Shown here piece by piece: positions 29,009 through 38,700 of a stretch of DNA of 44,289 bases (the first letter of the stretch is position 1; the number at the start of each line of letters is the position of its first letter). The notes beneath the pieces were generated by a model. It was not told the origin of the DNA. It saw only the letters and a program-made list of their open reading frames with translations, and ran no database searches. Position numbers and translations under genes: made by a program. The DNA comes from an uncultured Pseudomonadota bacterium (GTDB lineage: Bacteria > Pseudomonadota > Alphaproteobacteria > RF32 > CAG-239). The stretch is taken from NCBI GenBank assembly GCA_902797315.1, contig CADBSM010000054.1, positions 1-44,289 on the forward strand. The letters run 5' to 3'.

Positions 29009-29503
29009 TTATTTGTCTTCACTCAAATGAGCATTTGATTTTGAGACAGCGACGATCAAATCAAAAAGATACTTTGCAATTTTACGATTATTGATTTTAT
29101 AGTAAGCACTAACGAGCTCCAATGTTTCTTTGCGTTTCATAGGATCTGTGTCCATAACTTCTTGATTTTCGTGAAGTTGGATAGAATTGAGTTGCGTTTC
29201 AGCTGTCAGCATCATCGGACTTTGATACTCAACAGAAACCGGCATATCTTCAAAAAAGAAATCCATCGAAACTCCTAAAACGCGGCTGATATCAAACAAT
29301 CGACTAGCACCCACTCTGTTTAAGCCTTTTTCATATTTTTGGATTTGTTGAAAAGTTAAGCCCATTTTTTTTGCTAATTGTTGCTGGCTTAGTTTCAGAA
29401 TTTGGCGTCGCAGTTTAATTCTTTGTCCTACATAAACGTCAACAGGGTTCGGTGCGCCTTCTTGAAGTCTTCCGCGCACAGATTTTTCCTTTATTTTCTC
29501 CAT
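29009..29503 (-). CDS. XRE-family helix-turn-helix transcriptional regulator
   Basis: 164 aa with the HTH LSQQQLAKKMGLTFQQIQKYEKGLNRV. Confidence 0.8.
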   Translation of the reverse strand: MEKIKEKSVRGRLQEGAPNPVDVYVGQRIKLRRQILKLSQQQLAKKMGLTFQQIQKYEKGLNRVGASRLFDISRVLGVSMDFFFEDMPVSVEYQSPMMLTAETQLNSIQLHENQEVMDTDPMKRKETLELVSAYYKINNRKIAKYLFDLIVAVSKSNAHLSEDK

Positions 29504-29597
29504 ATGTTCGTTCCTGATATCAATAGTCCTCTGCTTGAGATATATAAAAAATTATATTAAAAAAGTCAAGCATCTATTTAAGTTTTAGCCAAATGTT

Positions 29598-31091
29598 TTA
29601 AAGCAAAAAAAGAACAAACAAAAACACTAAAAGAAGACCCTGAATATAAACGGATTTAATTTTAGAATAAATTGTCTCAACAGTAGAATTTTGAGCAAGC
29701 TCCACATCAAATACGCCTTTTTGATTTAGTTCAAGGGAAGAAACGACTCTTCCCATTGGATCAATTAAAGCACTGACACCATTGCCCGCACCTCGAATAA
29801 TTGTTATTCCCTCTTCAACAGCTCTCATCTGGGCGCTGACAAGGTGCTGATAGGGACCCGAACTTTGACCATACCAAGCATCGTTGCTCAACACAAACAA
29901 AAACATCGGCTTATCATTTCTATTGACCACCTCGTCAGGAAAAATAATTTCATAACAGATTAAAACACCAAATTTAAATACACCGTTCAAATCAATATTT
30001 TTAAGTTTTTCACCGCTGCTTAAATCAGATAACACTCGTGCAATCGGGCTCATCCATTCTGGCAAAAATTGTGAAAACGGCAAATACTCTCCAAAAGGCA
30101 CTAAGTGATATTTATCATAAAAAGCCACCGTGTTTCCTTGATCATTGATGACAGACACAGAATTATAAGCTTTTTGCATTTCATCATCATATCTGATTAA
30201 ACCTGTCACTAAATATCCGTTTTTAGGAACAGCTTGCTTAATTTTATTTTGAATATAGTGTGATTTTCGCGGGTCAAAAGCAGAAGCCGTTTCACTCCAA
30301 ACCACAAACTGAACATTGTTCAGCCCTTTAGTTTGGCTCATTTTAATATAAGTGTCTAAATTTTTTTCAAGCTCATTTTCATCCCATTTCATACTCTGCT
30401 TAATACTTGGTTGCACAACTCGAATTTTAATATTTGAAGGCTGTGCTTGGTATGTTGAAATACGATAAAAACCAAAAGCCACAACAAAGGCGCTGACAAC
30501 ACAGAAAACAAATAAACCTGATTTTAAAAAGCCTTTTGCACAAGCATATATGGAGCCTGCTAAAATTAAAACAATCAAAGATAAAAGATATGTTCCACCA
30601 ACAGATGCAAGCTGTATAAAACGAGCATCAAAAGCTAAAACCGTACCAAGCATATTCCACGGAAAACCCGTGAGCAAAAAGCTTCTAAGGTATTCCATCA
30701 AAACAAAAACAATAGCAAATGCACCAATTTTAAAACAGATATTTTTTCGAACGAAATAATGCCAAAACACAAAAGGCAAAATCATAAATAACCCAAAAAA
30801 AGCACCAAGTGCTAACAGTGTTATCGGATACAAAAAACCAAAACGCGCAACATCAATTAATAAGGCATTCCCAATCCAATAAAATCCGGCTGAAAAAAAA
30901 CCAACACCATAAACATATCCCAACAATGCCGCTTTTTTGTATGAATTTATTGTATCAGCAATCAGCCATATACTCACAAAACAAATAAAAACCAAAGGCA
31001 CAACAAAAAAGGGAGCAAAGCCTAAACTTGCCAAAGCACCTAAAATAAATGCTGTAGTTTTTTGATGTTTAACGGACAGGATTAGTTCCAT
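29598..31091 (-). CDS. lnt: Apolipoprotein N-acyltransferase
   Basis: 497 aa with an N-terminal polytopic domain plus a CN-hydrolase domain (VVWSETA, LICYEIIFPD). Confidence 0.9.
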   Translation of the reverse strand: MELILSVKHQKTTAFILGALASLGFAPFFVVPLVFICFVSIWLIADTINSYKKAALLGYVYGVGFFSAGFYWIGNALLIDVARFGFLYPITLLALGAFFGLFMILPFVFWHYFVRKNICFKIGAFAIVFVLMEYLRSFLLTGFPWNMLGTVLAFDARFIQLASVGGTYLLSLIVLILAGSIYACAKGFLKSGLFVFCVVSAFVVAFGFYRISTYQAQPSNIKIRVVQPSIKQSMKWDENELEKNLDTYIKMSQTKGLNNVQFVVWSETASAFDPRKSHYIQNKIKQAVPKNGYLVTGLIRYDDEMQKAYNSVSVINDQGNTVAFYDKYHLVPFGEYLPFSQFLPEWMSPIARVLSDLSSGEKLKNIDLNGVFKFGVLICYEIIFPDEVVNRNDKPMFLFVLSNDAWYGQSSGPYQHLVSAQMRAVEEGITIIRGAGNGVSALIDPMGRVVSSLELNQKGVFDVELAQNSTVETIYSKIKSVYIQGLLLVFLFVLFLL

Positions 31092-31097
31092 TTTGCT

Positions 31098-31613
31098 TTA
31101 TTCCTTATATGGATTTTCAAAACCCAGTTTTTCTAAAATTTCTATTTCTTTTGCTTCCATTTCAATTCTGTCTTGTTCCTTTATATGATCATAACCTAAG
31201 ACATGGAGCAAACCATGCACCCATAAATGGCAAAAGTGCTCTTTTAATGACACACCTATTTCTTCAGCTTGTTGTTGCACTGTTTCAAAAGCGACAATAA
31301 CATCTCCTAGTTCTATATTATTTTCTATTTTTAAGATTTGATTAAAATCATCACCATCAAGGTTTGCAAACGAAAGAACGTTCGTAGGCATATTTTTGCC
31401 TCTAAACTCTTTATTTAAGAGGCAAACCTCTTGATCATTACTTAAAGACAAATTAACGCTAAAATTTTTATTTTCCTTTAAAAAAGAAACACTGTTTTTA
31501 ACACACTCAACAGTCACTTTTTGACAGATTATGACAACATCTTCAATATCTGGAATTTTTTTAATCCAGCGTTCATCATCAACTTCAACAAAAACATCAA
31601 ATTTATTCATCAT
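31098..31613 (-). CDS. ybeY: rRNA maturation endoribonuclease YbeY
   Basis: It has the zinc motif HLWVHGLLHVLGYDH. I prefer the start at the MMNKF ATG (31613/31610), which overlaps the phoH stop by about 11 nt. The track's extension is unlikely. Confidence 0.9.
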   Translation of the reverse strand: MMNKFDVFVEVDDERWIKKIPDIEDVVIICQKVTVECVKNSVSFLKENKNFSVNLSLSNDQEVCLLNKEFRGKNMPTNVLSFANLDGDDFNQILKIENNIELGDVIVAFETVQQQAEEIGVSLKEHFCHLWVHGLLHVLGYDHIKEQDRIEMEAKEIEILEKLGFENPYKE

Positions 31614-32574
31614 CTTTTGCTTGTAATTTTTTGCTTTTTTCTTCATAAGCCTGAACAATCTTAGCAACCAATCCGTGACGAACCACATCTGAGGATGTAA
31701 ATGTCACTGAAGAGATGTTGCTCACATTTTTTAGTGTGTCTAAAGCATCTTTCAAACCCGAGACAACCCCTCTTGGCAAATCAACTTGGCTCAAATCGCC
31801 ATTAACCACCATTCGCGAATTTTCACCCAAGCGCGTTAAAAACATTTTCATTTGCATCGGTGTTGTATTTTGAGCTTCATCTAAAATCACAAAAGCATTT
31901 GATAGGGTTCTTCCGCGCATAAAAGCGAGTGGTGCAATTTCAATCTCGCCAATTGAAAGCTTTTTATCAACTGTTTCTGCTGGCAGCATTTCATACAAAG
32001 CATCATACAAAGGTCTTAAATAAGGGTCCACTTTTTCTTTTAAGTCTCCAGGCAAAAAACCCAAATTTTCACCAGCCTCAACTGCAGGACGCGACAAGAT
32101 AATTTTATCCACAGCTCCTTCAAGCATCATCGAAACAGCTAAAGCCACAGCCAAATATGTTTTACCCGTGCCGGCAGGACCAAGTCCGAAAACAAGCTCA
32201 TTTTTCATCATCGATTCGATATATTTTGCCTGTGTTGCAGATCTCGGATAAATATAGCGTTTTTTTGTTTTTAAAACCATTTCATTAAAATTTTGGAGCT
32301 CTGCTTGACTTAAATTTCCCTCACAAAGACGAATAGCGGCCTTAACTTCTTCTTCGCCGATGTTTTGTCCTTTACTTGCTTTGTCATAAAGAGCCATAAT
32401 TGTTGCCTTTGCTTTTTCAATTTCAGCAGCACCTCCTTTAATTGTCATGTCATTGCCGAAATTTAAAATTTCAACACCCAAAGTTTTTTCAATCAATTTT
32501 AAGTTAGTATCTGACACACCAACCAATTTTTGTATCAATTGATTATTATATAATTCAAAATTAATTTCTGCCAT
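31603..32574 (-). CDS. phoH: PhoH-like ATPase (YbeZ)
   Basis: 323 aa with Walker A GPAGTGKTYLAVA and a conserved ILDEAQN box. Confidence 0.9.
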   Translation of the reverse strand: MAEINFELYNNQLIQKLVGVSDTNLKLIEKTLGVEILNFGNDMTIKGGAAEIEKAKATIMALYDKASKGQNIGEEEVKAAIRLCEGNLSQAELQNFNEMVLKTKKRYIYPRSATQAKYIESMMKNELVFGLGPAGTGKTYLAVALAVSMMLEGAVDKIILSRPAVEAGENLGFLPGDLKEKVDPYLRPLYDALYEMLPAETVDKKLSIGEIEIAPLAFMRGRTLSNAFVILDEAQNTTPMQMKMFLTRLGENSRMVVNGDLSQVDLPRGVVSGLKDALDTLKNVSNISSVTFTSSDVVRHGLVAKIVQAYEEKSKKLQAKDDE

Positions 32575-32644
32575 GATAGAATACCTTTCTTCTTCTTTTG
32601 TTTCGACAATATAAATCTAAGATTTGTTAACCAGGATCGCCCAT

Positions 32645-33976
32645 TTAAACCACCTTTCCTTCCAAAGAATTTGCCGTTGCGCTCAAAATTTTAACTTTTT
32701 GAATTTTGCCCATCATTTTTTCATCAGCTGAGGCGTGTACATTTTGCATATAAGGCGTGCGTCCGATAAATTGGCCTTTATGACGCCCTTTTTGTTCAAA
32801 CAGAACTTCAAAAGTTTGTCCGACACACTTTTGGTTGAAAGCGTTTTGCAAAGCAAACAGTTTATTTTGCAAAATATTGAGTCGTTCTTTTTTTATTTTT
32901 TCCGGCACTTGATTTTCCATCACAGCAGCCGGCGTTCCCGGTCTTTTGCTATATTTAAAGGAAAATGCCTGAATATAAGAAACTTTGTCGACAAGTTTTA
33001 AGGTTTGCTCAAAATCTTCATCTGTTTCTTCAGGAAATCCGACAATAAAATCTGACGACATTTCAAGTTTTGGGTTAGCTTCTTTGAGTTTTGAAACAAC
33101 TTCTAAATATGTTTCAGCCGTATGACGTCTGTTCATTAATTTCAAAATTTTGTTAGATCCTGATTGCACAGGCAGATGCAAATAAGGCATCAAGATATCA
33201 ATATTTTTATGACATTGAATTAAGTCATCATCAACGTCCGCCGGATATGAGGTTGTATAACGAAGCCTTTTCAAACCATCCAGTTCGGCCATTTTGTTTA
33301 AAAGATACGCCAGATTTTGTTCTTTTCCATTTTGATCTTTACCATGATACGAATTGACATTTTGCCCTAAAAGATTAATTTCAAGCGTACCTGTTTCAAT
33401 CAGCTTTTTGGCCTCTTTTAGAACATCTTCAACGGGTCTTGAATATTCGACACCTCTGGTATAAGGCACAACGCAATAAGTGCAAAAATTGTCACATCCT
33501 TCTTGAATAGCTAAAAACGAGCAGCCACCTTCAGCTTTATTTTCGGGCAAAAAATCAAACTTTGATTCAACCGGAAACTGTGTATCTAAAATTCCGGAAA
33601 TATGTTTTGTTTCAAGTTGTTTTAAGATTGCAGGCAAGCGATGATAGGTCAAAGGCCCCAATGCAAAATCGACATAGGGTGCACGCTTTAAAATTTGGTC
33701 ATCTTCAGCCTGAACAACGCACCCCAAAACGCCGATAACCGTATTTAAACCATTTTCTGTGCGTTCATTTTTAACAATTAAGGCGCGTCCTAAATCTGAA
33801 AAAAGTTTTTCAGCAGCTTTTTCTCTGATATGGCAAGTATTAAAAAGCACCAAATCTGCATCTTGTTGATGATTTGCTTTAACATAACCCAAATTTTCAA
33901 GGCTCATGGCAATACGATGCGAATCGTAGACATTCATTTGACAGCCATATGTTTTAATAAAATATTTTTTATTCAT
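32645..33976 (-). CDS. miaB: tRNA-i6A37 methylthiotransferase MiaB
   Basis: 443 aa with KTYGCQMN, the radical-SAM motif CDNFCTYC and a C-terminal TRAM domain. Confidence 0.95.
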   Translation of the reverse strand: MNKKYFIKTYGCQMNVYDSHRIAMSLENLGYVKANHQQDADLVLFNTCHIREKAAEKLFSDLGRALIVKNERTENGLNTVIGVLGCVVQAEDDQILKRAPYVDFALGPLTYHRLPAILKQLETKHISGILDTQFPVESKFDFLPENKAEGGCSFLAIQEGCDNFCTYCVVPYTRGVEYSRPVEDVLKEAKKLIETGTLEINLLGQNVNSYHGKDQNGKEQNLAYLLNKMAELDGLKRLRYTTSYPADVDDDLIQCHKNIDILMPYLHLPVQSGSNKILKLMNRRHTAETYLEVVSKLKEANPKLEMSSDFIVGFPEETDEDFEQTLKLVDKVSYIQAFSFKYSKRPGTPAAVMENQVPEKIKKERLNILQNKLFALQNAFNQKCVGQTFEVLFEQKGRHKGQFIGRTPYMQNVHASADEKMMGKIQKVKILSATANSLEGKVV

Positions 33977-34089
33977 CTGTTTTATATTTTCTTTTTTTCA
34001 ACGTCTTTATATGCTAAGTCAAAGCTTTTTATTTTTCAAATCTTTTTTGCAAATCTATTCAACTTTTTAATATTTGGAGACAAATATGA

Positions 34090-35034
34090 TTGAAAAAGAG
34101 AACAAAGACTGTTATAAAAGAGGCGATGAAAAGAACAAAACACAAAAACATTAATGGTTGGCTTATTATTGATAAACCCAAAGACATGGGCTCAACAGAT
34201 GTCGTCAATTTAACAAGGCGCCTTTTAGACGCCAATAAAAATGGTCATTGCGGCACATTGGATCCTTTTGCCACAGGCGTCTTGCCGATTGCTTTTGGCG
34301 AAGCCACAAAATTAATACCTTTTGTTATCAATGGCGCAAAAGAATATGAGTTTGTCCTCAAATTTGGATTTGACACCTCAACGGATGACATTGAAGGAGA
34401 GCCTGTTCACACAAATGGTTTGATCCCTGAGTTAAAACAGATTTTAGACATACTGCCTTCCTTTGTCGGGCAAATAGAGCAAACACCACCTCTTTATTCA
34501 GCAATCAAAATTAACGGACAGCGAGCTTACAAACTGGCACGTCAAGGTCAAAATATTGAAATTCCTGCGCGTAAAGTGACGATATATGATCTTCAATTTA
34601 TAGAAGCTCTTTCACAGAACCGTTTTCGTTTCAGGGTATGTTGTTCAAAGGGAACATATGTGCGCACACTTGGCAAAGACATTGCCTTAAAGCTCAATAC
34701 TTTCGGGCATTTAACCGAACTCAGAAGAACAAAATGTTCAAATTTTTTACTTCAAGATACGATTTTACTGGAAAATTTAAAAAAGATGGTGTATGAAGGA
34801 GACGAGCAAGATTTTCTTTTGCCGATAGAGACCGCACTGCGCGACATCGCGGTGTTGGCCGTTTCGGCAGAAGATGCCGTCAAATTAAGGCATGGCCAAA
34901 AACTCTCAGCAAGTTTTTATCAGATGTTAGATCATCAGGGTGAAACGTTTGCGGCTTTTGACCAAAATTGTTTGACAGCGCTTGTTCGAATTGAGAACAA
35001 AGCGATTGTTCCGATTCGTGTGTTTAACATTTAA
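34090..35034 (+). CDS. truB: tRNA pseudouridine(55) synthase
   Basis: It has the catalytic motif [23 protein letters not shown]. The TTG at 34090 has GGAGA 9 nt upstream, and the ATG at 34126 is the alternative start. Confidence 0.9.
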   Translation: MKKRTKTVIKEAMKRTKHKNINGWLIIDKPKDMGSTDVVNLTRRLLDANKNGHCGTLDPFATGVLPIAFGEATKLIPFVINGAKEYEFVLKFGFDTSTDDIEGEPVHTNGLIPELKQILDILPSFVGQIEQTPPLYSAIKINGQRAYKLARQGQNIEIPARKVTIYDLQFIEALSQNRFRFRVCCSKGTYVRTLGKDIALKLNTFGHLTELRRTKCSNFLLQDTILLENLKKMVYEGDEQDFLLPIETALRDIAVLAVSAEDAVKLRHGQKLSASFYQMLDHQGETFAAFDQNCLTALVRIENKAIVPIRVFNI

Positions 35035-35053
35035 TAAAAAAAGGAAAAAAAAG

Positions 35054-35323
35054 ATGTCGATTACAAATGAACAAAAGCAAGAAATTGTTGAAAAATATGG
35101 CTTAAAACCGGGTGACACAGGTTCACCTGAAGTTCAAATTGCCATTTGGACCTATCGTATTAATGCATTGATTGAACACTTCAATGTTCACAAAAAAGAC
35201 TTGCATTCAAGATTAGGTTTGATGAAGATGGTCAGCCGCCGTCGTCACCTTTTGGATCACTTAAAAGCCAAGAGTGAAGACCGCTACCAAGACATCATCA
35301 AAAAGTTAGGTTTGCGTAAGTAA
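35054..35323 (+). CDS. rpsO: 30S ribosomal protein S15
   Basis: 89 aa, [16 protein letters not shown]...GSPEVQIA...LGLRK. AAGGA lies upstream of the ATG at 35054. Confidence 0.95.
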   Translation: MSITNEQKQEIVEKYGLKPGDTGSPEVQIAIWTYRINALIEHFNVHKKDLHSRLGLMKMVSRRRHLLDHLKAKSEDRYQDIIKKLGLRK

Positions 35324-35344
35324 CCTTAAAAGAAAATACAAAAA

Positions 35345-35373
35345 ACTGCGGGGCATGGGGCTCCGCAGTTTTA
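35345..35373 (+). terminator. rpsO terminator / first hairpin of the pnp leader
   Basis: ACTGCGGGGC-ATGGG-GCTCCGCAGT, a GC-rich stem of about 10 bp including one G-U pair, followed by TTTT. Confidence 0.65.
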
Positions 35374-35382
35374 ACAAAAAAT

Positions 35383-35399
35383 CCTGGCATGGGGCTAGG
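35383..35399 (+). promoter_or_regulatory. Second pnp-leader hairpin with the same apical 11-mer as the first
   Basis: CCTGGC-ATGGG-GCTAGG. It shares GGCATGGGGCT (35386-35396) with 35352-35362. Confidence 0.45.
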
Positions 35400-35430
35400 T
35401 GAGGTTTATAAATAGGAAAGGTAAAAAAAC

Positions 35431-37554
35431 ATGATAAATTTTAATGTGTCCCGTCAAGAACTTGATTGGGGCGGTGAAAAACTGGTATTAGAAACAGGCA
35501 AAATTGCAAGACAGGCGACAGGCGCAGTTGTTGCCACATATGGAAAAACAGTTGTTGTGGCAACAGTATGTGCGGCCAAAGAAGCCAAACCAGATCAAGA
35601 TTTTTTTCCTTTAACCGTTAATTATCAGGAAAAATACTATGCAACCGGCAAAATTCCCGGCGGTTTTATGAAACGCGAAGGCAAACCTTCAGAGAGAGAA
35701 ATTTTAATTTCGCGTCTTATTGACAGACCGATTCGTCCTTTATTTCCTGATGCATTCAAAAATGAAGTTCAAATTATTTGCACAACACTTTCACACGATC
35801 AGAAAAATGATTCTGATGTTGTTGCCATGATAGCTGCTTCTGCAGCTTTAGCTGTTTCAGGTATTCCTTTTATGGGGCCGATTGGCGCAGTTAAAGTTGG
35901 CTACAAAGACGGTCAATACTTATTAAATCCGACACTTGCCGAACGCAAGACATCTGATTTGGATTTGACGGTTGCCGGAACTTCAGAAGGTGTTTTAATG
36001 GTTGAATCTGAAGCAAACGAGCTTCCTGAAGACGTAATGTTAGGGGCTGTTATGTTTGGTTTTGAAAGTTTTCAACCTGTCATTAAAATGATTAACGCAT
36101 TAAAGGAACAAGCCGGCAAAGAGCCTTGGGCAGAGCCTGAGTTTCCGGCAGAATACGATGCTTTATGCGCACGTGCTGAAAAAGAATTTGGCGCAGAATA
36201 CGAACGTGCTTTTAACATTATCAACAAACAAGAGCGTGTCAGCCTGTTAGGAGAGTTGGCAGAAAAATTCAAAGCCACAATTGATCCTGAAAACGAGATT
36301 GAAGTTCGTTATGCCCAAGATGCCATTGAGCATGTCATGCACAAAACCATGCGTGAAAAAGTTTTATCAACAGGTCATCGCATTGACGGCCGCGACACAA
36401 AGACAGTTCGTCCGATTGAGTGTCAAGTTGATGTTTTACCAACAACACACGGTTCAGCTTTGTTTACCCGTGGCGAGACTCAAGCTTTGGTTGTTACAAC
36501 ACTTGGCACAGATGATGATGCACAAATCGTTGATGGTTTAATGGCTGAATATCGTGAAGATTTCATGCTTTACTACAACTTCCCGCCATTTTCTGTCGGC
36601 GAGTGCGGTAGAATTGGTTCTCCAGGTCGTCGAGAAATCGGTCACGGCAAATTAGCATGGCGTGCCATTCACCCAATGATGCCAACCGACAAAGAAAAGT
36701 TTCCTTATTCTATCCGCGTTGTTTCAGACATCATGGAATCAAACGGCTCATCATCAATGGCAACAGTTTGCGGCACAACTTTATCATTGCAAGCAGCCGG
36801 CGTGCCTATGAAAAAGCCTGTTGCAGGCATTGCCATGGGTTTGATTAAGGAAAATGACGGCAGAGTTGCCATTTTAACAGACATTTTAGGCGATGAAGAT
36901 CACTTAGGTGATATGGATTTCAAGGTTGCCGGCACAAAAGACGGTGTCACAGCCTTGCAGATGGATATTAAAATTACATCTATCACCAAAGAGATTATGA
37001 AAACAGCTTTAGCTCAAGCTCATGAAGGGCGTATTCACATTTTAGGCGAAATGGCAAAAGCTATTTCTGAACCGCGTGAAAAAGTTTCTGAGTTTGCACC
37101 GCGTATTATCACCTTAAAGATTCCTGTTGACAAGATTCGTGAGGTTATCGGCACGGGCGGAAAAGTCATTCGTGAGATTATTGAAAAAACCAACACGAAG
37201 ATTGACATTACAGATGATGGCATGGTTAAAATTGCCTCTGTCAACACAAAAGACGGCGAAGCAGCTCTTGAACTGATCAACGCCATTGTTGCTGAGCCTG
37301 AAGAAGGCGTGATTTACAAAGGTGTGATTACAAAGATTATGGACTTTGGTGCTTTTGTTCGCTTTGTCGGCTCTACAGAAGGTTTAGTTCATATTTCTGA
37401 AGTTAAAAACGAGCGAATCGCTTCTGTTTCAGACTTTTACAAAGAGGGCGATTCGATTTGGGTCAAATGCATTGGCATGGACAACCGCGGCAAGTGGAAA
37501 TTGTCTGCCAAGCGCGTTAACCAAGAAACAGGCGAAGAGATTGTTCAGCAATAA
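35431..37554 (+). CDS. pnp: Polyribonucleotide nucleotidyltransferase (PNPase)
   Basis: 707 aa with two RNase PH domains followed by KH and S1 domains (GAFVRF...GLVHISE). Confidence 0.97.
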   Translation: MINFNVSRQELDWGGEKLVLETGKIARQATGAVVATYGKTVVVATVCAAKEAKPDQDFFPLTVNYQEKYYATGKIPGGFMKREGKPSEREILISRLIDRPIRPLFPDAFKNEVQIICTTLSHDQKNDSDVVAMIAASAALAVSGIPFMGPIGAVKVGYKDGQYLLNPTLAERKTSDLDLTVAGTSEGVLMVESEANELPEDVMLGAVMFGFESFQPVIKMINALKEQAGKEPWAEPEFPAEYDALCARAEKEFGAEYERAFNIINKQERVSLLGELAEKFKATIDPENEIEVRYAQDAIEHVMHKTMREKVLSTGHRIDGRDTKTVRPIECQVDVLPTTHGSALFTRGETQALVVTTLGTDDDAQIVDGLMAEYREDFMLYYNFPPFSVGECGRIGSPGRREIGHGKLAWRAIHPMMPTDKEKFPYSIRVVSDIMESNGSSSMATVCGTTLSLQAAGVPMKKPVAGIAMGLIKENDGRVAILTDILGDEDHLGDMDFKVAGTKDGVTALQMDIKITSITKEIMKTALAQAHEGRIHILGEMAKAISEPREKVSEFAPRIITLKIPVDKIREVIGTGGKVIREIIEKTNTKIDITDDGMVKIASVNTKDGEAALELINAIVAEPEEGVIYKGVITKIMDFGAFVRFVGSTEGLVHISEVKNERIASVSDFYKEGDSIWVKCIGMDNRGKWKLSAKRVNQETGEEIVQQ

Positions 37555-37581
37555 TTTGAACTGTTTTAAGCTTTTACAAAA

Positions 37582-37610
37582 AACACCGCTTTCATGTGGT
37601 GTTTTTTTTA
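37582..37610 (+). terminator. Probable pnp terminator
   Basis: AACACC-N10-GGTGTT followed by T8. The stem is short, so confidence is moderate. Confidence 0.55.
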
Positions 37611-37674
37611 TGTTTAAAAACATTGTCACCACTTTAAGCCGTGTGATACGGGCGTCAATCTACAACCCGCCGCT

Positions 37675-37721
37675 CTTTGCAAAGCACATCCTTTCAAGAA
37701 GGGGGCTCATCTTTGCAAAGC
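37675..37721. repeat. Two copies of the palindrome-containing 11-mer CTTTGCAAAGC, 36 bp apart, at the left edge of the insert
   Basis: The copies are at 37675-37685 and 37711-37721. The core CTTTGCAAAG is self-complementary. Confidence 0.8.
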
Positions 37722-37744
37722 GCCTTTATTTGATGAAGTTGAAT

Positions 37745-37777
37745 AAACAAAAAAGCAGCTCCCTAAAGGGGGCTGCT
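37745..37777 (-). terminator. Terminator of the island operon
   Basis: A 10-bp stem AGCAGCTCCC / GGGGGCTGCT with loop TAAA. On the minus strand it is followed by TTTTTTGTTT, and it lies 27 nt past the barrel-gene stop. Confidence 0.65.
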
Positions 37778-37803
37778 TTCTATTTTGTTTCAGGAAAGAA
37801 ATC

Positions 37804-38559
37804 TTAACGAACCTTCCGGGCAATACCAAACTGGATACCCAGAGTGGCCTTGATCTGCCATTCGCGTTCCGTGTGGTTCAGGTGAACCGTCGGAATGTTC
37901 TCAGCGGTTGCGCGAAGAACAAGGCGCATGGACTTCATGCTCGGACGGAAAGAGTATTCTAACCCACCGCCAAAGGTGAGACCGCTTCCGGTGTAATACG
38001 CGTTGTAGATCTCGACCTGGCTCTCGGTTTCGACCTCGACAATCTTGCGATTGTCTTTTCCAAACAGGTAACCGGCAGAACCTACAACGTTGATGCGGCT
38101 GTTAACCCAGCGATTTTCCCAGATCATCACCTTGCCATTAAAGGTGGTGTAATAACTCAGGTACTTTTGGTCTGGGTTATTACTCTCCTTATCGTATTCA
38201 CGCATCAGAGCGCCTAAATTCAGCTCAGCGCTGAAGATGCGGACGGCGTGTCCATTGCTGGACCACAGAGCGCCGCCTTCGTAACCGAAGGTTACGCCCG
38301 CGGTGGGGCTCAGCTGCTTTCCGAAGAAAGCTGCGCCGCCGTTGATGCCGGCATAGAAGCCGTCGATCTTAACAGACCGAAGCTCGCCGGTAGAGAGCTG
38401 CCACTCCTCATGACGAGGAGCCTTATTGAGCTTCTGCTTCGTGGCCTCAGAGAGGTCCTGGAGACCGGCTTCGGTCAGGACCATATCAAAGGTCTGAGCG
38501 TTGGCGTTGAACATGGCTGCGATGATGGCGATGGTGACGATGATGATATTCTTTTTCAT
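37804..38559 (-). CDS. Small outer-membrane beta-barrel protein (island gene 2)
   Basis: 251 aa with signal peptide MKKNIIIVTIAIIAAMFNANA-Q and alternating Gly/aromatic strands (GVTFGYEGG, GSAGYLFG, GLTFGGGLEYSF, ATLGIQFG). It is GC-rich with no SD. Confidence 0.65.
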   Translation of the reverse strand: MKKNIIIVTIAIIAAMFNANAQTFDMVLTEAGLQDLSEATKQKLNKAPRHEEWQLSTGELRSVKIDGFYAGINGGAAFFGKQLSPTAGVTFGYEGGALWSSNGHAVRIFSAELNLGALMREYDKESNNPDQKYLSYYTTFNGKVMIWENRWVNSRINVVGSAGYLFGKDNRKIVEVETESQVEIYNAYYTGSGLTFGGGLEYSFRPSMKSMRLVLRATAENIPTVHLNHTEREWQIKATLGIQFGIARKVR

Positions 38560-38659
38560 GATTAGTCTTTTTTTGTGAGGGTTGAGCAGGATAATATTAG
38601 GCTCTTCCCTCTGATTATTAAATAAAATTGAGATAGGTTCAAAAACAATATAATATGAA

Positions 38660-38700
38660 CCTTTCGGCTGAAGGGTTTTTCAAGCCGAAAGGCTTGAAAA
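38660..38700 (-). promoter_or_regulatory. Mutually exclusive hairpins between the two island genes
   Basis: TTTTCAAGCC-GAAA-GGCTTGAAAA (38677-38700) shares 38684-38692 with an alternative pairing CCTTTCGGC (38660-38668) / GCCGAAAGG (38684-38692). Confidence 0.45.

Noticed and set aside
37472-37807. A 111-aa plus-strand ORF spanning the pnp 3' end and the spacer up to the insert.
   Set aside because: It overlaps the end of pnp in another frame and runs through two terminator hairpins. It has no SD and a repetitive, implausible sequence.
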